A DNA stretch of 64,000 nt from Yuukianura sp. NJ FZ-2021 (Eukaryota), in the NCBI GenBank assembly GCA_046563655.1, contig CM102283.1:9920001-9984000 (forward strand), in the 5' to 3' direction. Below are positions 51,069 to 62,681 of this stretch, one piece after another. Numbering within the stretch: the first letter of the stretch is position 1; the number at the start of each line of letters is the position of its first letter. Position numbers and translations under genes: made by a program. The notes beneath the pieces are model-generated. The model saw nothing but the letters and a program-made list of their open reading frames with translations, did no database searches and was not told the DNA's origin.

Positions 51069-54000
51069 TTACCTCCATGCTTGTTCCAGTTGCTTCTTTG
51101 CACTTAGGCGTTTGGAGACGTATGCTCCGATGACGAGAGCTCCAAGAACAACCATGATAAACCAATGGTCAAAGTCATCTTTCAGAACATCAAACTGCTT
51201 CGACGGGGCAACTTTCGTGTAGAAAATGTCTGAAACACAAAGACAATTGAATTAAAATATAATTGTAAAGTGAATTGAATTTTGAAAAGTGAGTTACCGA
51301 TGCCGTAGACTAGAACAAGGCAGGTAGACTCGAGGCGAGTGGGCCACGTCTTGATTCCTCTCACTCTCTTCACACTCTGGTTGTAGTTGATGATCATGTC
51401 CGGTGGGAGGGGCAGTTCTGGAATGTAGGGCACAGAGTGGATCACTCCATCTTCATCTTGGTGGATTTGGTGATGCTGGGCACTGAGACGAGGCTGCATC
51501 ACGAACTTCGGCAGTTCCAGAATTCCGCCGGTTGGAAGAGCGAGTAGAATGTCCTTGTTTGTGATCCCCTTCTCAGTCCGAGTGTAGGACATGAACTCAA
51601 TCTTCGTGGGGAAAATATAGGACTGTTTGATCACAATTGGTTCAATCGAGGGAGCAGCAAAGGAAGAAAACACTAAAAACAGCAGTAGTTTTTAAGTTAT
51701 ACTTTCATCAATTTGCAATCGTCAGTGTAAAGTGTTGGGTGATTTTAAATTTACCTGTGGAGTTACTCTGTGTTTGTCCTTCGTACAGTTCCACGGAAGT
51801 GATTTCGTAGCGCCGATTCTTTTCGTTGAAGAGAGAGTAGACTAGCCAGTGTTCTGTGTGCACTACATGGACGGGACCACGGCTTTTCTTGTGCCAAAAC
51901 GAGTGAATCACAGCACCTAAAAGTAAACCGTCAACTAATCAAAATCACTTTTCAAGATTGAATTTTAAAAAATGAAAAACTTGTTACCGGAGACGGCATC
52001 TACAAGAAGGACATTGACATTGCCAACTTCTGGTTCTGCTGTGACTACTGCCACTAAGTTTGGATTCATGTACTTGTAGGAGACTGATCTGTCAGGAAGC
52101 ACACGACCCTGAGAATGGATCTTCTCACACGGAAGTTTCCCATGCACTCCGATTAACTCTGACTTCCCAATTGGCAACTTCCACAGAAGATGAGCTCCAA
52201 AAGTCTGGAAATGAAATGAACAAGAATTAAAAAAAAGAATTTAGAGGAGCGAGTGATTATGTTTGAATTCGAGTGACTTACATTTGATTTTCCATCTTTC
52301 CGCACACTGAATCCTTTGAGTACTGGTTGTTCCGATTTGTGTGCCACAAAGAAGAACAAATTGTTTAACTCTGCTACCCTTGGCGGGTAAGTGTGGATTT
52401 TGTTGTTCTTGTCCAGCAACACGACTGGTTTGAGGAAGTTGGTTTCCTGTGTTCCATGCAGCAGCATTTGAGCTTGAACAATTGGAGGATAGATTTGAGG
52501 CTCATCGGAATGCTGGCCTTCGATTGGATTGAATGGGAAGAGAATAGTGGAGTCTGATTTGGAGCTGCTGTAAAGGACACTGGCTAAAGGCTTGAGCGGA
52601 AAATACTTGGCTGGACGCTGGATGCTTAGCAGCACAGAAGAATCTTGGAAAGTTTTGAATTCCGGAAGGAGAAAGGCGTACAGAATTTGGCCAGAGGAAC
52701 CATCCATTCCAATCACCTATACACAAAAATCAAAACTTATTTTTCTAAACACAAAAGTAAGAAAATATTAAAAACGAGATGTGACACATACTTTTCCGAC
52801 AGCGGTGACAAAGATGATGACCTTGTTGACTCCGAATCTGTCGTCATTGGAAGTGTAGAATCTGTCTCCTGTAACTAGTGTGTCCACTTCATACTTGACT
52901 CTGGACAGGAAGGATTTGAGTAGTCCCTGTTGCGAAGAGTAGGGATTCCACGACTGCTCTGCCTCACTTGGATAGTCAACAGTCTCCACTGCCAGTGTAG
53001 AAGCGAGGCTCTCTTGTCTGGACCAACTCACTTCCAGCTCTCCTTGTCCTTCACCCTCCAATTTACTTCCGAACAGAAGTTCATCCTTCGTGAATCCAAC
53101 GAGGCCACAGGCTGAACCATGGCAAAACGCTTTGGTCAAAGCCAACGAACTAATGAGCATCTTCGCATTCACTTGTTGAGAGTGGCTCCTAACTCCTTCT
53201 AATGTCCCACTGTCAAAGGCATCCATTTGAATGGAATGTGCTGAAACAAGTCGTGTGATGAACAGAAGACTCTTCCCATCTACTTTTGCTTGAGACAGCG
53301 TTGGAAAGTAAGCAGTGTTTGAGTAAGGAATTGGAACAAGATTTGGCGACGATCTAGCCAAAGATATAACCAAGATTAGGAAAATTACATCAAAATAAAA
53401 TGAATCAACTACTCTAACTTACGTTTCGCTTTCAGTTATTTTGAAGATTTTGACAAATCCGCTCCCTTTGACAGCTACTGCAGCGACGTCACCGGAAGTC
53501 CCACTAATTTCATTCACTTCCCCATCTTCAATGTTTATCAAGTTCATCTTTGAATTTGACAAGTTAAGAACTTGAACTTTCCTTCCATTGGTACAAACAA
53601 AGTAGACTCCCACAGATTCACAGAACTTCAGCTGGTCCAATGATGCTGTAAACTTGTGACTGCCCACGTTCTTCAACTTTGCATTGTTCTTGGAGTTGGA
53701 GTAGTCGTCACTCTCAACAGTGCTCACTTCGTAGGAAGAAATAGTGAAGGTAGGGAAAGCAGAAGAATCAACCAAATAGACATTTCCTCCGGATGTACTT
53801 GCATAGTTGGCCTTTTGTTTGAAGCTCCATTCGTTGACTTGAATGCCAGTGGAGGTCAAAAAAGTTCTGACTTTGACTTGGTCAGTGGAAGAGGACACAC
53901 TGAGGATCTCCTTGTCCCCGAAAGTGGCCAAGTGGAGTAGTTGTGCATTGGACTCTAGGATTCTGCGGTACAACACAGCTCCTAAACAAAGGACAGAATT

Positions 54001-54344
54001 ACATTGACTACTTCCTTTAGTGTAGTGGGTTTTTAGTAGTAATAGATCCAACTGACCAGTATTAGAATTGACTGCTCCAATAACGTTGTGAGTTGTACCC
54101 AGAATGACTCTCTTTGGTTGATTCAAGTCGTTTAGTAGAAATCGAACATGTCCAAAGTATTTCTGATGCCTACAATCAAAACATAAAATCCGTTACGAAC
54201 TTGCTCAGTAGTTGGTGGTCTATAGTTTCATAGATCGTTTTACCAGTCAAATTTCCCAGCTTGATCTTCGAAGAGTGCGACAACGTTTGAGAAGAACAAG
54301 AATAGAAGAAGTATGGCGAAGGATTGTCTCCATGAAGTCTGCAT
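51069..54344 (-). CDS. EMC1: ER membrane protein complex subunit 1
   Basis: Nine exons: 54344-54244, 54169-54057, 53981-53423, 53353-52792, 52716-52282, 52204-51988, 51916-51755, 51672-51298, 51229-51069. Signal peptide then LFEDQAGKFDW; IHSQGRVLPDRSVSYKYMNPNL; TEKGITNK; PYIPELP; LESTCLVLVYG; PSKQFDVLKDDFD; C-terminal TM ending LEQAWR. Confidence 0.96.
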
Positions 54345-54951
54345 TTTGAAGGGGAATCTGAAGAGTGGTTTTCAAGGGAATTTTAAGGATGTAGGTCGAC
54401 AGTCAAATCCAGGCCAGTCCCTCTAAAGAGGGGAAGTTGATGATTCCACAAAAAATTGAATTAGTTGAAAATGACAATGGATAACTGGAAAGAAGGAATG
54501 GAATTTAGTGAAGTTTTGAAGTGAGAATGGGAAAGTGTTTTGACAAGAAATGAGGTACCTGTTGCGGTGTCCACTTCCAGTATCCAGTTAGTTGTCTTCG
54601 TATGTCCCAATCCCAATTAATCTTGATAGTTTGCAAAACCGATTGATTGGAAATTCTAAAAAGGAGTCCGGAAAATCGGCGGAATTTCAGAAACCTCTAC
54701 TCCAACATGAAAATTTAAATTTGAATGTGAAAAAAGCGCGCCATTGAATGTATGAAATGAGACTCCTCTCCATAGGTGGAGCGAGTGTCTTCAGATTCAA
54801 TGGTCGCACACATAAACTAATTCAATTAATTAGAAACTGTAATTAACACTTATGGTTGCAAGTGTTAGGACAATTTGACATTCAATCGTTAAACAATGAA
54901 AGAAAAGAGCCAATGCAAGCTATCATGCAACATTTTCCTCAGTACATCACT

Positions 54952-55257
54952 TCAAAATAGGATTTTGTCGTTACCTTGGAAACAGCCTGTGCCGTTCTTG
55001 TTTGTTAGAAACAAATTGGAAATCAATTCAACTTGTGCAAAACTGTCAAGGTCAAAGGCAGCAAAAGCATCAACACCAACATTTTTAGCCTCACTTGTGT
55101 CGATTGGATTCTTGTGCAAAATAAATTGACATTCTCTGAGAGAAAGTATCGACAGAAGAGAGTGAATCTTGGAGTTGGGAATGGGTGAAGCTGGAATTTC
55201 GCCGACAGCCAAGGCGTATGGCTGTGATGGTCCTGGAGGATGGGTAACATTGTCCAT
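54952..55257 (-). CDS. Possible small orphan protein (101-aa ORF, may be spliced at ~54974)
   Basis: ATG-initiated ORF with coding-like composition in a gene-dense island and a plausible donor AAG|GTAACG. No family recognised. Confidence 0.3.
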   Translation of the reverse strand: MDNVTHPPGPSQPYALAVGEIPASPIPNSKIHSLLSILSLRECQFILHKNPIDTSEAKNVGVDAFAAFDLDSFAQVELISNLFLTNKNGTGCFQGNDKILF

Positions 55258-55470
55258 ATCATCAATTGACTAAAACATAAACTCAATTAACAGTAAGGAT
55301 TGACTTGCTAGGTGGCATTCCCCAAGGAAATCCCTAAGCGTCATGCGCTGACTGAAAGTGTCCTAAGAGTCGACTATCCCTGCGGTCGGCCAGCTAAAAC
55401 CACTCTTGGCTCCTCCGTGTAAGGAAATTCCACTTTAAACTTCATTTGAACAACTGTAAAAAGCATTCAA

Positions 55471-56418
55471 ATGATGTCCAGGCTCAGTTCAAACTTGGAA
55501 GGATCGGGACAGGACGGCCAAAGAAATCTGTGTGTACTGGATGAATCTGCCACCGGAAACAGAGCAGACGACAACGAAGAAGATGCTGGAGCAACGGTCA
55601 ACATCACGGTGGCTCCAGGAACTCCAGCGGAGATTTGCTTACGCCCACAACCAATTCTACAAACTCAAACAATGTAAAAATTAACTTTACATTTTCAATT
55701 CAAAATTAAAGAGTTGAATTTTGATAGTTACGCGAATCCACCCACAATTGAGGACTGCTGTTCTGATGGACGTCGTCTGGACACGTTGGAACAAGAAGTG
55801 GCCAAGATTGTTGGTCCACATGAAGAGATTGAGATGGGAATGAAGAACTGGGCGCAGTGTCAGTCTGTGTGTCAGCCACTACTCCCAAAGTATCCGTGTC
55901 GAGGCGTCATTCGGTCAGCGATTTAACCTAAACAAAACAATTAAAATCAGCATTAAAATTGTTTGACTTTTAGTTCTCCGCGACCCGACTGGCCTAAACT
56001 GAGTTTGGAAGAACGGTGCAAGCCTTCACTCGTGTCCACTCGAGAAGCTGACCCAGAAGGAAGTAAGCCACTGACTGGTCGAGAGTTTGTGGAGGGCAAG
56101 AAGACGTGTGACCTCTACCCAATCCACCCCAACCTCCCTCCACGATTCAACAACTCAGAGTGGTTCAAGGTAAGACACAACTACAAAGTGAACTGGACAA
56201 TATCTGGATACTGTGCCTTGCAGGGTTATGGGTGTGAGAATCCTGCGCATCCTTTCTACATGACGACCAGCATGGACTATGGCCGATTCCCACCAACTGC
56301 TCACACCATGACGCAATCCTACTACCCGCGACAGTCTCAATTCTCAAGCAACTTGGCCAAAGCGGGAATGCCACGCAACAGATCTCTCAACTTGGCCAAC
56401 GACAAAACCATTGTCTAA
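55471..56418 (+). CDS. PIERCE1/2 (C9orf116/C15orf65, DUF4490)-like protein with N-terminal extension, ~277 aa
   Basis: Exons 55471-55673, 55728-55913, 55974-56418 are in phase. The C-terminus HPFYMTTSMDYGRFPPTAHTMTQSYYPRQSQFSSNLAKAGMPRNRSLN matches the recalled family motif (Y.T....YG...P..H.M...F.P....FS..L...GM.RN..LN). Confidence 0.75.
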
Positions 56419-56751
56419 AACAACCTCAATCTTAATCCATCTCTACAAAAACAAAATAGATACAAATATTAATCCACAAATAAATAAAAAATAAATGGAT
56501 AAAGTCAATGCAACTACCATCAAACTACAGCAGATTCTCCTTTCACTTCCATTTACTTATTTCCACAGTGAGCGACGAACCTTATGTAGCAAACGATTTC
56601 AACTAAAAAGTGAAAGGGGAAGTGGTGATGAATTAGTATTTTGAAATGTATCATTTCATAGTTCGTTTATAACTAAGGAAACGCGTCAATTGAACGCGTG
56701 TTACCGACTAAACGACTGGATTAGATTGAATGCGGATATCCAGGATCTTGT

Positions 56752-57335
56752 CTACTTCTGAGCCTGAGCCGCATTGGCTGATCCGTTTTTCTTGGTTTTG
56801 TAGTCATGCAGAGCTGCTCGAATGGCATCTTCTGCCAACATGGAGCAGTGGAGCTTGACTGGAGGGAGACTCAGCTCCTTGGCGATGTCTGTGTTCTTGA
56901 TCTTCATCGCATCATCCAGCGACTTCCCTTTGATCCACTCTGTGGCCAGTGAACTAGATGCAATGGCCGATCCGCAGCCGAAAGTCTTGAATTTCGCATC
57001 CACAATCCTCCCTTCTTCGTCCACTTTGATTTGCAACTTCATGACGTCTCCACATGCTGGTGCACCCACCTGTAATCCAAGTTTAAATATGGATTAAACT
57101 CTAAGTGCTCAGTTTTTAGTGGTAAGTGACTAACGAGTCCAGTTCCGACGTTGTTGTCGTTCTTGTCGAGAGATCCGACATTGCGAGGGTTTTCGTAGTG
57201 GTCGATTACTTTCTCATGGTAGGACGCCGAGGGCTGGACTTGAACTGCAGCGGGTGACATCAAGGGGTAGGAAGCAGAACGCAGTCCAAGTAAACGTGAA
57301 GCACTGAAGCAACTTCGCGCAATTGGATTCGACAT
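56752..57335 (-). CDS. IscU: Mitochondrial iron-sulfur cluster assembly scaffold IscU
   Basis: Exons 57335-57135 and 57069-56752. Presequence-like N-terminus; YHEKVIDHYENPRNVG, GAPACGDVM, FKTFGCGSAIASSS, LPPVKLHCSMLAEDAI. Confidence 0.97.
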
Positions 57336-59212
57336 CTTCTGCTCAACAAATAACAAAGTTAACAAATCAAACAACAAAAAGATACCAACATGCCTATGAA
57401 GAAATGACGTTGTAATTTCTATTTATAAACATCAAACGGAGAGGCGTCAACGTTTTCGTTTCTGGAATTTTCCTAATGGATACTTTGTACATGTGTAAAT
57501 TCCTAGTTAAATACTAACATGAATGACAGTTCCAGTCAGATGACTTACCAAAAGGATCCAATAGTTGAAACAAGTGGCAACTGATAGGTTGATCGTTGAG
57601 TGTGTCCAGATGACAGATTGTTTATGTTAGTTGTTTGTTAATTAGTAATTAAGTAATAGTTCAATTAATCTACGACTTAAATTGTTTTCTAAATTAGAGT
57701 AAAAGACAGCTGATGGAACGGAAAATGAAAAGAGAATGGCCATACATTGAGACACTCACTCTCAATCCTCATCCCACAATTCATTTATGGGCACAATCAT
57801 GACTTTAACTTTGAAATTAAGTTCTACAGTTTTAATAACTATTAAAATCAACCTTTCAATTTCTGTTAAGCTTAGTTTATGAAGTTTAACATATTTTAAT
57901 TAAGTGTAACCAATTAAACTGCAACTCATTCGCAAATAAGGTAATTATTATGGGGATGTTGTGCATGTATGGAAGGGTGGTGGGGAGATGAGGGAATCCA
58001 GTTTGGCGGTAACTCAAGAAGACACTTGGGTTTGAATTCAAATTCAATTGGCGCCTCAAATCCATTCCCAAATTAGTGTCTCAAGTTATGCCCCCAACAT
58101 AAAGAAATCATAAGATTCGCAGCATACAAATTAAGTTAAAACTGCCACTGATTATGATTGTAATAGTTAATTTAATTGTGACACTTTATTCAAGTCACCA
58201 CTTGAGTCTCCGCTTACAGCCACAATTCCCCATTTAAATAGCCAAGTTGTGAAGAAATGGAGGAAAACTTACAAAAACATAGCCTACTTCCTTGGCCTTT
58301 TACAATGAACATTAATGAGGAATTAATGACCCCACTCACAGCCCTTCCTCTGCCCCCTCCAAAATACTGACCTTCCTTCTATCACTAATCCTTACAGTAG
58401 AATAAATTAGAGCTCAAATGCTAGGTGACCGGGAATAGTTTTAGAGAGTGGAAAAGGAAAAGTACAAAAGATCCCAAGTGAGGACGCTCACAAAGCGACT
58501 GCTAACAGAAAAGAGTAGTTGAAATATCATTGGCAGAGGGTTATTGGCGTAAGGTGACAATTGTGGTGGAAACATTAAAGCTACTTGTCATGGAACATGG
58601 GTTGACACGCTCTTAACAGAGATAAAGACATGATAAACAATTGATGTTTGAGTAGAAGCTTCAGATATCCAATCACTCACTTAACTTCTTACTTTTTACA
58701 TTGACACATTCATGCTACTCCACTCAATCCGACTTACAAAGCGACTTATGTTTTACATTCATTATCGTACAACTCTACAACTAAACTATACAACTAGCTG
58801 CCACTTTAGTCTTCCACATTTGTAGCTTCCAATTCTAGCCAATGTCACCAAAATTGGAAGCCTCACTACACTAATCGATTAATCTATAACGAGTTGGTAG
58901 TGTTGTAGACGCTGCGAAGTGCGTTATGTCTAACAGTCCATTCACACACTAATACAACTTATGTTTTGATTAGAGTAATGCTGCCAAATGTTAATTAAAG
59001 CAGCATTTGTCAGAGTTAGGAGACATTTGTAAGAGTAGACTAACGAAGGGTCCTAAGGAATAAAGTATACAAAGTGAGTCATTACAATCTAACTTAAATT
59101 AAACTTAGGGTGATGAGCTCGTTAGATCATGATGATTCCCCGCCATTCGGTGGACATTCGTAAGAGTAACGTTGGGGAGCAGCGGGTAGTTTTGGTGATT
59201 CTGAGATTTAGG

Positions 59213-60257
59213 CTACGCATAGAATTCTTTCGTCTTTCCGTAAGAGGTGGTTGTTCGTTTAGAATCTTCTAAGACATAGGACCCTTCATCCTTCTTCCGC
59301 ATGCGATACACTATAAACATCACCAACAGAATGGCACACAGCAGACCTACAATCACAACACTTTCAGTTACACACTCGTGACATTTGGATCAAATGAGAG
59401 ATTAAGGTGGGCCCTTAATTACTCACCAACAATGGCTCCACAAATGATGGCTGAAACAGAACAAAACACATTAGAACTTAGTATTGTCATCTATCATTTC
59501 CAACACTCCCTTGAATCTAAAATCCCTTGAATTTCCAACAGGGACACTAGGACATTAGGTTAACTTTTGTAGATGAGTAATTGTGACTTACCAGCTAGAA
59601 TGCCTGGCTGTGAGAAGAAGGAAGCCTCGTGCTTGGGTTCATATCCGGGAGTGCCACTTGGATTGGGTGGTTCATTTGGAGCTGAAGGTGGGTCTCCCTT
59701 GTCGTAGCGTGGCTTGTCTGGCCCCGAAGGTGGGAGGATCGGTGGGACTTTGGCATGTTGCTTGGCTCTGCAGTCCTCAAAGTCCTCGTCATCCACACTG
59801 CACCCAGATCCATTGTCAATGTCTCCGAACCCCGGCAGTCTCCCGTCTCCAGATCCACCGTCGTCTTCTAAAAATAAATCTGCATCGATTTTGGAGGATA
59901 ACTGCAAAATAAACAAAAGACAGAGTCAGACCTCCGAAACAAACGTCAGTAAATGAACGTGGGAGTGATGACGTTAGATTACTACTATGGAAATTCCTCA
60001 TTACTTCCTCGTTTGCTTAAAATTGGTGTACTATCTTGATGAATTTACGTGCTGCTTAGCAACTAGAAATGGATTAAAGTATGAGGATGACCTCCAATAG
60101 GTAGTGACGAGTGGATGAGAGTGAGTAATTGGAGTTAAAAAGTTACCTCGTCTCCATATCCTAGTGTGGGACATATACTGCACGACCAACAAATGAAGAT
60201 GAAGATGAGAGTGACGAATGAGTAGTAGGTGGATCTTCTTCTTGTCAATTGACCCAT
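59213..60257 (-). CDS. Sdc: Syndecan, ~192 aa
   Basis: Exons 60257-60147 (signal peptide), 59901-59592 (acidic SG attachment sites GGSGDG, NGSG; ends FFSQPGILA), 59450-59427 (24 nt), 59346-59213 (LLCAILLVMFIVYRMRKKDEGSY...KEFYA). Confidence 0.96.
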
Positions 60258-61011
60258 TTCTCTAGATGTGAATGTTGAAGGACAAAAGCAGTTGAACTTT
60301 GTGTAGGAAGGTGTGTGGGATGGGAGAATGGGAGGACGTGAGACGGAAGTGAGTGGTCACTGGTCACTGTGGAATGTGATCATTGACACTGTTGTCCTGG
60401 ATACTGGAATTCGCGTGACCGACTCCCTCCCTGCTACACTCTGAATGAGCTCCTCTTCCTACTTCCTTCCGGGGGTCATGTGCAGTAGACCAAATGTCAC
60501 AATTTACCACCCAACCACCCACTCCAATCTACGCAAATCTCAAAATTCCCAACAAAAACCGCCAAAAACTTAATTCAAAAACACAAAAAGTTTAAAAAGG
60601 TGGTTCTACTAAAAGAGAGACGACGGATTCCGCGGATACCGTCTCGAATTCCGCACAAACCAATAATAAAGATCCTTGCGACGCAACTGTGGAATTGATC
60701 GCACTTTTTGTTAATAAATTCAACACTAACTTAGACGTAACCAGTTGTATAGGTATTTAGAAAGAACATTTAACAAAATTCGCCAGTTGTATACCACAAA
60801 TGAGGCAAACGACGAAGAGTTTAACGTGTACAATTCGCGGATATGCGATTTTGTTTCGCAGGACGATAAATGCAGAGCGGCATGTATTCTGACTTTTAGT
60901 GAGACACTACGAACGTCCACATGTGCTTTTGTTTTTGTCATTTCGTATTTTACATTACTGTTGTTGTTTATATCGTTAAATTAAAAATTAGTGGTTAATT
61001 TTGTAATTAAA

Positions 61012-62318
61012 ATGGCAGATGAAATTATAATTAAGAAAGGTGGAGTTGTGCCTAGCCTGTCATTGCCGGGTAACCGACCTCAGCGTCCAAGAGTACGTGG
61101 TGCCTTTGCTGGAAGTCAATTTGGGGAGCAAGTGATTTCGACTGGGATTTGTTCCCTGGATGGCTACATCGGTAATGGAATCCCACTGGGTGCTATTGTG
61201 ATTATCAGTTAAGTCAATAACACTTACCGACATGAATGACGATTTGAAAGAGCTATGATAAAGTACTCATACGTCATGCTTTGTTTGCGTATTTTTAGAG
61301 GACGAGTATCCCTCCCGCTTTGCAGATCTGGTTCTCAAAACGTTTTTGGCGGAAGGTGCAACTTGTGATCATCATCTGTTTGTGGCTGCCGGCCAAGTTG
61401 ACTCCACAAAGTTTGCCAATGCTCTACCTTCGCTAAGAAGAGGACAGGAAACACCGAATCCAGAGTCGTCTTCCCGTTCTTCCGGCGGAACATGCGACGA
61501 CATGAAAATAGCCTGGCGGTACAAAGAGGCTTCTACTCTCCCCGTCACAATTTCATCCCGAGGACTTTTTGTCAAAGGACAGAAGTTGGCTAAATTCGAA
61601 TTCACAAAGAAGTGTACTGCAGAATCACTCGGTGGAAGTCATTTGTACGTTAGTAAATTAGATGCAGTGGACTTTGACCTCACCCCACCTACTGCACGAT
61701 CCCTTCTTCTGGAAATAGCAGAACAAGCCAAACTATTTGAGCTGTCTACAGTAGCTGGTTCCGGTGGTGTTTCTAATTTCCTGAGGATTGGAATTTCACA
61801 CTACGAAACGCTAGTGCTGAGCCCAACATTTCTGTTTGGTTTGAGATCAATCGTCCAGAACACAAACTCTACTGCACTCCTCACAGTGTCAACAATCAAT
61901 TGCGATCCAAAGTCCTTATCGGAAGTGGAGAATTTTGCAGACATGGTGATCCAACTGGAGGGGATTGTGGATGAGAAGAAGAGAGATGAACTGGGAGGTG
62001 TGGATGGACTATGCAAAATTCAGAAGATCAAGTCCCGTAATTCAGTTAAGCTGTTTGTACCGCCGCTGGATCTTGGATTCACATTCACACATAGGCGACT
62101 AACATTCCAGGTACTCTGTCAATTGATTTTTTTAAATCCACATTGATAAAACCTTTAATGAGTTCAATTGGATTTGATTGCAGGAGTTACACCTTCCACC
62201 TGAAGGCGAATCAACTGCTCAAAGGACTACACACAAACCGCATCAACATCCTGTCCCATCCTCCACATCCATGTCGGGTTGCGGCGGAAGTAAAGTTGGT
62301 TCTGTAATGGACTTTTAA
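61012..62318 (+). CDS. Elp4: Elongator complex protein 4
   Basis: Exons 61012-61207, 61299-62110, 62184-62318. STGICSLDGYIGNGIPLG, FLAEG, DDMKIAWRY, FLFGLRSIV, ELHLPPE...GCG...MDF C-terminus. Confidence 0.9.
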
Positions 62319-62681
62319 CTAATTAAAACTATTTTCAGTTAATAAATCAGTGGATGAATGATTACATCGGAAATAATCCGTTTTCTTGTTATTTAATTCA
62401 GAATGAACATAAAGTCATTTCAGGGAAGATTGCGATTAATTCTTAATTAATCTAGTAATTAGTGACTTCCAAGCAACTAACATTACAATTAACCGGATTT
62501 TAATTGAAAATGACAGAAGAATTTTGAATAGAGGCAACTCTGGCAGCCACACACATCTCCATTTCACCCAGAAAGCGAAAGCACAACATGTGGGATTTAA
62601 CCCAAATAAAATCAATAGAAACAACATATGAATGAAAATCAACATAAGATAATTAACATTTTTTAATCTTAATTAATGTAA

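Noticed and set aside
60745-60984. 79-aa ORF in the Sdc/Elp4 divergent intergenic region
   Set aside because: TTG start and no motif. More likely promoter/5' UTR sequence.
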